Of a stretch of DNA of 20,000 bases, positions 17,601 to 20,000 are shown piece after piece. Below the pieces are notes generated by a model that was given only the letters and a program-made list of their open reading frames with translations, did not search any database and had not been told where the DNA came from. The stretch comes from an uncultured virus (IMG/VR IMGVR_UViG_3300007539_000017) (Duplodnaviria; Heunggongvirae; Uroviricota; Caudoviricetes). Position numbers and translations under genes: made by a program. Position 1 is the first letter of the stretch; the number at the start of each line of letters is the position of its first letter. Location of the stretch: IMG/VR virus record IMGVR_UViG_3300007539_000017. One strand, 5' to 3'.

Positions 17601-20000
17601 TTTAACTGGTGACGTTACTGGAACTGTATCTGACATCTCAAATCATGACACTGGTGACTTAACAGAGGGAACTAATCTTTACTACACAGATGCTAGAGTT
17701 GACGCTTACCACACAGGCGGAACTGGAATAACATATAGTTCTGGAACAATAAGCATAGACTTTACAGAATTTGATACTGATAGCATTACAGAAGGAAGCT
17801 CTAATCTATTCCATACTGCTACTAGAGCAAGAGCTGCATTATCAGGAAGTACAGGAATTACTTATAACAGTAGCACTGGTGTAATAAGTATTGACTCAAC
17901 TGTAGCTACATTAACTGACACACAAACCTTAACTAACAAGACAATAAATTTTGAAGACAATACAGCAATTATTGAATATGCTGTAACAGTGTCTAATGCT
18001 TCTGGTAGTAACAAATATTACTTAGATGGACAACTTGCAAGTACTGTACAATTAATTCCAGGTGTAACTTATAGATTTGATACATCAGACTCCTCAACAT
18101 CTGGTCATCCATTTGCTTTATCTGAAACTAAAGACGGCTCACACAATAGTGGTTCTAGTTATACACAAGGTGTTACAACTAATGGCTCACAAGGTTCATC
18201 AGGTTCATATCTACAAATAGTAGTAGATGGTATGACACCTAACTTGTACTACTATTGTACAGCACACTCTGGTATGGCTAATGATGGCATGCTTAGAATT
18301 AAGACACAAGATACTGATGATGTATCTGAAGGTTCATCAAACTTATATTATACAGACGCAAGAGTTGAAAGCTATCTAAGTGGTAGTACAGGTATTAACT
18401 TTAGCTCAGGTGCTATTTCAATAGATAATACAGTAGCAACACTTACAGGTACACAAACACTTACAAACAAAACAATAAACTTTGAAGATAACACACCGAT
18501 AGTTGAATTTGCAGTCACTGTATCTAATGCTAGTGGAAGTAATAAATTTTATCTAGACGGAGAGCTAGCAGCAAATATACAATTAATTCCTGGATTAACA
18601 TATAGATTTGATTTATCAGACAGCTCAACAGGAGGACATCCATTTGCATTATCAACTACAAAAGATGGTTCTCATGGTGGCGGAAGTTCATATACAACTG
18701 GTGTAACAACAAATGGTTCACAAGGCTCATCTGGTGCTTACTTACAAATAGTTGTAGACGCTGCTACTGCTGATTCACTTTATTATTATTGTACTGCTCA
18801 CTCAGGTATGGCTAATGATGCAGTTATATCTGTTCAAGGTTTATCACTTGCAGAAAGTACTACTGATGACTTATCAGAAGGCTCAACTAACCTTTATTAC
18901 ACAAGTAGTAGATTCGATACTGACTTTAGCGGAAAGACAACATCTGACTTAACAGAAGGTAGTAACCTTTATTACACTACTGCTAGATTTGATACTGCAT
19001 TTAGTGGTAAAACAACAGATAACCTTAATGAAGGTTCTACAAACCTTTATTACACAAATGCAAGAGTTGATAGTGAAATAGATAGCTATGTAACAGGTGG
19101 TACAGGTGTTACTGTAACTTCTGGTGAAGTTGCAATAGGACAGTCTGTAGGAACTTCTGACAATGTAACATTTAATGATTTAACAGTTTCTGGTAATTTA
19201 ACTGTAAGTGGCACTTCTACAACAATTAATACAGAAACAATCCAATTAGCTGACAACACAATAGTTCTTAACTCTAACGCTACAGGTTCTGCTACAGAAG
19301 ATGGTGGAATAGAAATAGAGCGTGGAGATGACACAAACAAAACTTTACTTTGGGATGAGACTAATGATAAGTGGACAGTAGGTTCTGAGACATTTGTAGC
19401 AGGTACTTTCGAGGGAGACTTGACTGGAGATGTCACTGGTAATGTCACAGGAAATGTTACTGGAAACCTTACAGGAAATGTAACAGGACAAGTTTCAGAT
19501 ATTTCTAATCATGGTGCAGCAGATATATCTTATGACAACTCTGATGCTGATACCTTAACTGCAACAAATGTTAAAGGTGCATTAGATGAATTAGATTTAG
19601 CTAAAGTTGATAAATCTACTTTAGCATCTACATTAACTTTTTATCCTACTGATACAGCAGATGGAAGTATTAGTGGTTACTCCAGAATGGTTACTTCTAT
19701 ATCTGATACTGATTATGATACAACTGCTGTAGATGTATCAACAGGTTCTATCACTGCTAATGACCAAGAAGTAGGTGCAGTAATAGCAGATGCAGACTTA
19801 TTTACTGGCAATCCAGGTTATATCAATGTTCACGTTGTAGGTAGTATAAGAAACACATCTGGTGGTAGTGCAGGATTTTACTTTAAAGTTTTTCATAGAG
19901 ACTCTAGTGGTACTGAGACACTTATGGGTACTTCTAGTTCTACATCTAATGTTACAAACACTACATATCAAGAGTTCTATGCAGATGCTTTACTTAATAA
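14692..20000 (+). CDS. Giant mosaic tail fibre/virion structural protein, 3'-truncated (at least 1769 aa), containing two cupredoxin-like domains; absent from the ORF track because it has no stop in the window
   Basis: TAATG overlap at 14690-14694. Manual translation is open to the window end: MSEKTPVRVNYDGDGNAVGFAEF...GGTGATTASGARAALG...DIQAYD...YQEFYADALLN. It carries fibre motifs GGTGATTA..AR..LG, TDDLxEGxxNLYYT, (GNVT)n, L.D..DV....GD.L.YNG..W and TQTLTNKTI. Confidence 0.92.
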   Translation, partial: MSEKTPVRVNYDGDGNAVGFAEFQADEFIGVDDGGTGATTASGARAALGIEIGVDIQAYDTDLAAIAGLSHSDGNFIVSNGSAWVVESGSTARTSLGLGSSDSPTFNNLTVSNDLTVTGDLTVQGDTVTVNASTVTTEDVLMKLADNNTSDTVDIGWYGEYVESSTTKYLGFTWDASQDKFILWTGNQSEPNTLVDTGATGHATATLIANIEGNVTGNVTGTVSDVSNHDTDDIAEGSTNLYYTTARWDTKMAAADTDDLSEGSTNLYYTDTRVGTYLTTNNYATESYVQSQVATANELSEMTDVTLTSTTTGDFIQYNGSAWVNIAPDTDDIAEGTNLYYTDARWDTKMAAADTDDLSEGSTNLYYTDARVGSYLTTNSYATESYVDSAVASENELSEMNDVTLTNPANGDFLRYNGTVWINDPVNLSTDTIGDYVQSITGGTGISIDVTSGEGQTPTLAIDFTEFDTDDVVEGTTNLFFTTARVDNHLSGGTGISYTTGAIAIDFSEFDTGSITEGSNLYYTSARADARIAAASIGDLSDVTLTSTATGDILRYNGSAFVNEPLNLGTDTEGDYVASLVAGTGVTLSNNSGETSTPTISIGQAVETTSNVQFADVTIDGDLTSGGQVLIGTNTITLNYDVQSVDNTYNVEIEFWRGNLQHKHFFWDETNDRFSINSDDLAAGTVIADLTGNVTGNVTGNVTGTVSSISNHDTDDLTEGTTNLYFTNARVDTEIDNYVSGGTGVTVTSGEISIGQDVSTTSSVTFADVTAGLTGDVTGNVTGNVTGNVTGTVSSLSNHDTDDLVEGSNLYFTNTRARGAVSANDTGGDGSFSYDSATGVFTYTGPSSAEVRAHFTAGTGVDITTGQISIGQAVETTSDVDFATVTTTGDVTVGGDLTVSGTTTTVNTETINLADNIITLNSNATGSASANAGIEIERGDDANKTLLWNETSDKWTVGSETFVASTFEGDLTGDVTGTVSDISNHDTGDLTEGTNLYYTDARVDAYHTGGTGITYSSGTISIDFTEFDTDSITEGSSNLFHTATRARAALSGSTGITYNSSTGVISIDSTVATLTDTQTLTNKTINFEDNTAIIEYAVTVSNASGSNKYYLDGQLASTVQLIPGVTYRFDTSDSSTSGHPFALSETKDGSHNSGSSYTQGVTTNGSQGSSGSYLQIVVDGMTPNLYYYCTAHSGMANDGMLRIKTQDTDDVSEGSSNLYYTDARVESYLSGSTGINFSSGAISIDNTVATLTGTQTLTNKTINFEDNTPIVEFAVTVSNASGSNKFYLDGELAANIQLIPGLTYRFDLSDSSTGGHPFALSTTKDGSHGGGSSYTTGVTTNGSQGSSGAYLQIVVDAATADSLYYYCTAHSGMANDAVISVQGLSLAESTTDDLSEGSTNLYYTSSRFDTDFSGKTTSDLTEGSNLYYTTARFDTAFSGKTTDNLNEGSTNLYYTNARVDSEIDSYVTGGTGVTVTSGEVAIGQSVGTSDNVTFNDLTVSGNLTVSGTSTTINTETIQLADNTIVLNSNATGSATEDGGIEIERGDDTNKTLLWDETNDKWTVGSETFVAGTFEGDLTGDVTGNVTGNVTGNLTGNVTGQVSDISNHGAADISYDNSDADTLTATNVKGALDELDLAKVDKSTLASTLTFYPTDTADGSISGYSRMVTSISDTDYDTTAVDVSTGSITANDQEVGAVIADADLFTGNPGYINVHVVGSIRNTSGGSAGFYFKVFHRDSSGTETLMGTSSSTSNVTNTTYQEFYADALLN
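17971..18300 (+). other. Cupredoxin/plastocyanin-like domain 1 within the giant fibre
   Basis: YRFDTSDSSTSGHPF (His codon 18106) and LYYYCTAHSGM (Cys 18256, His 18265, Met 18274), the type-1 copper ligand order H...C-x2-H-x2-M. Confidence 0.75.
18502..18840 (+). other. Cupredoxin/plastocyanin-like domain 2 within the giant fibre
   Basis: YRFDLSDSSTGGHPF (His 18637) and LYYYCTAHSGM (Cys 18790, His 18799, Met 18808). Tandem duplicate of domain 1 at an offset of 531-534 nt. Confidence 0.75.

Larger units (their letters stand above)
15379..19060 (+). repeat. Dispersed (D/T)TDDLxEGS(T)NLYYTxxR fibre repeat, 14 copies
   Basis: Copies counted by hand near 15379, 15457, 15676, 15751, 16093, 16222, 16828, 17089, 17647, 17773, 18310, 18859, 18937 and 19012. 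Confidence 0.85.

Noticed and set aside
15379..19060. Recurrent ~40-nt motif (ACTGATGAT...GAAGG...AATTTATATTAC) as a possible CRISPR array
   Set aside because: The copies are degenerate at third codon positions, irregularly spaced and in frame within a protein. No cas genes are present.
1413..19448. Minus-strand ORFs in the track (for example 1413-1709, 13864-14169, 17250-17636, 19086-19448) and the + strand ORF 7300-7494
   Set aside because: All lie inside long + strand genes. They are shadows of biased codon usage, and the similarity between the 17250 and 19086 ORFs just mirrors the duplicated fibre module.

Overview
AT-rich (roughly one-third GC by eye), fully coding, single-strand (+) segment of a tailed dsDNA phage (or prophage), covering the tail morphogenesis module of a probable siphovirus. 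Gene order: 3' part of a tape-measure gene (<1..3774), a probable distal-tail protein (3774..5132), and a tail hub/central-fibre unit spread over three ORFs (5132..5824, 5829..10166, 10171..12033). These are followed by three small acidic helical proteins and a dUTPase-fold-like protein (12034..13533), a repeat-containing tail protein (13538..14692) and a very large mosaic fibre gene missing from the ORF track (14692..>20000). Four observations stand out. (1) The hub/fibre unit is broken at two junctions that fall inside domains, both reading Pro codon-stop-4 nt-ATG with the +1 frame open. (2) There is a nested hub > LamG > unknown-domain insertion. (3) Two tandem cupredoxin-like domains in the giant fibre keep a full His/Cys/His/Met ligand set, and a separate fibre segment is His/Asn-rich with HxH motifs. 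(4) An S74-type chaperone domain appears to have lost its Ser/Lys autocleavage dyad. All family assignments come from motif recognition by eye; no database search was run.
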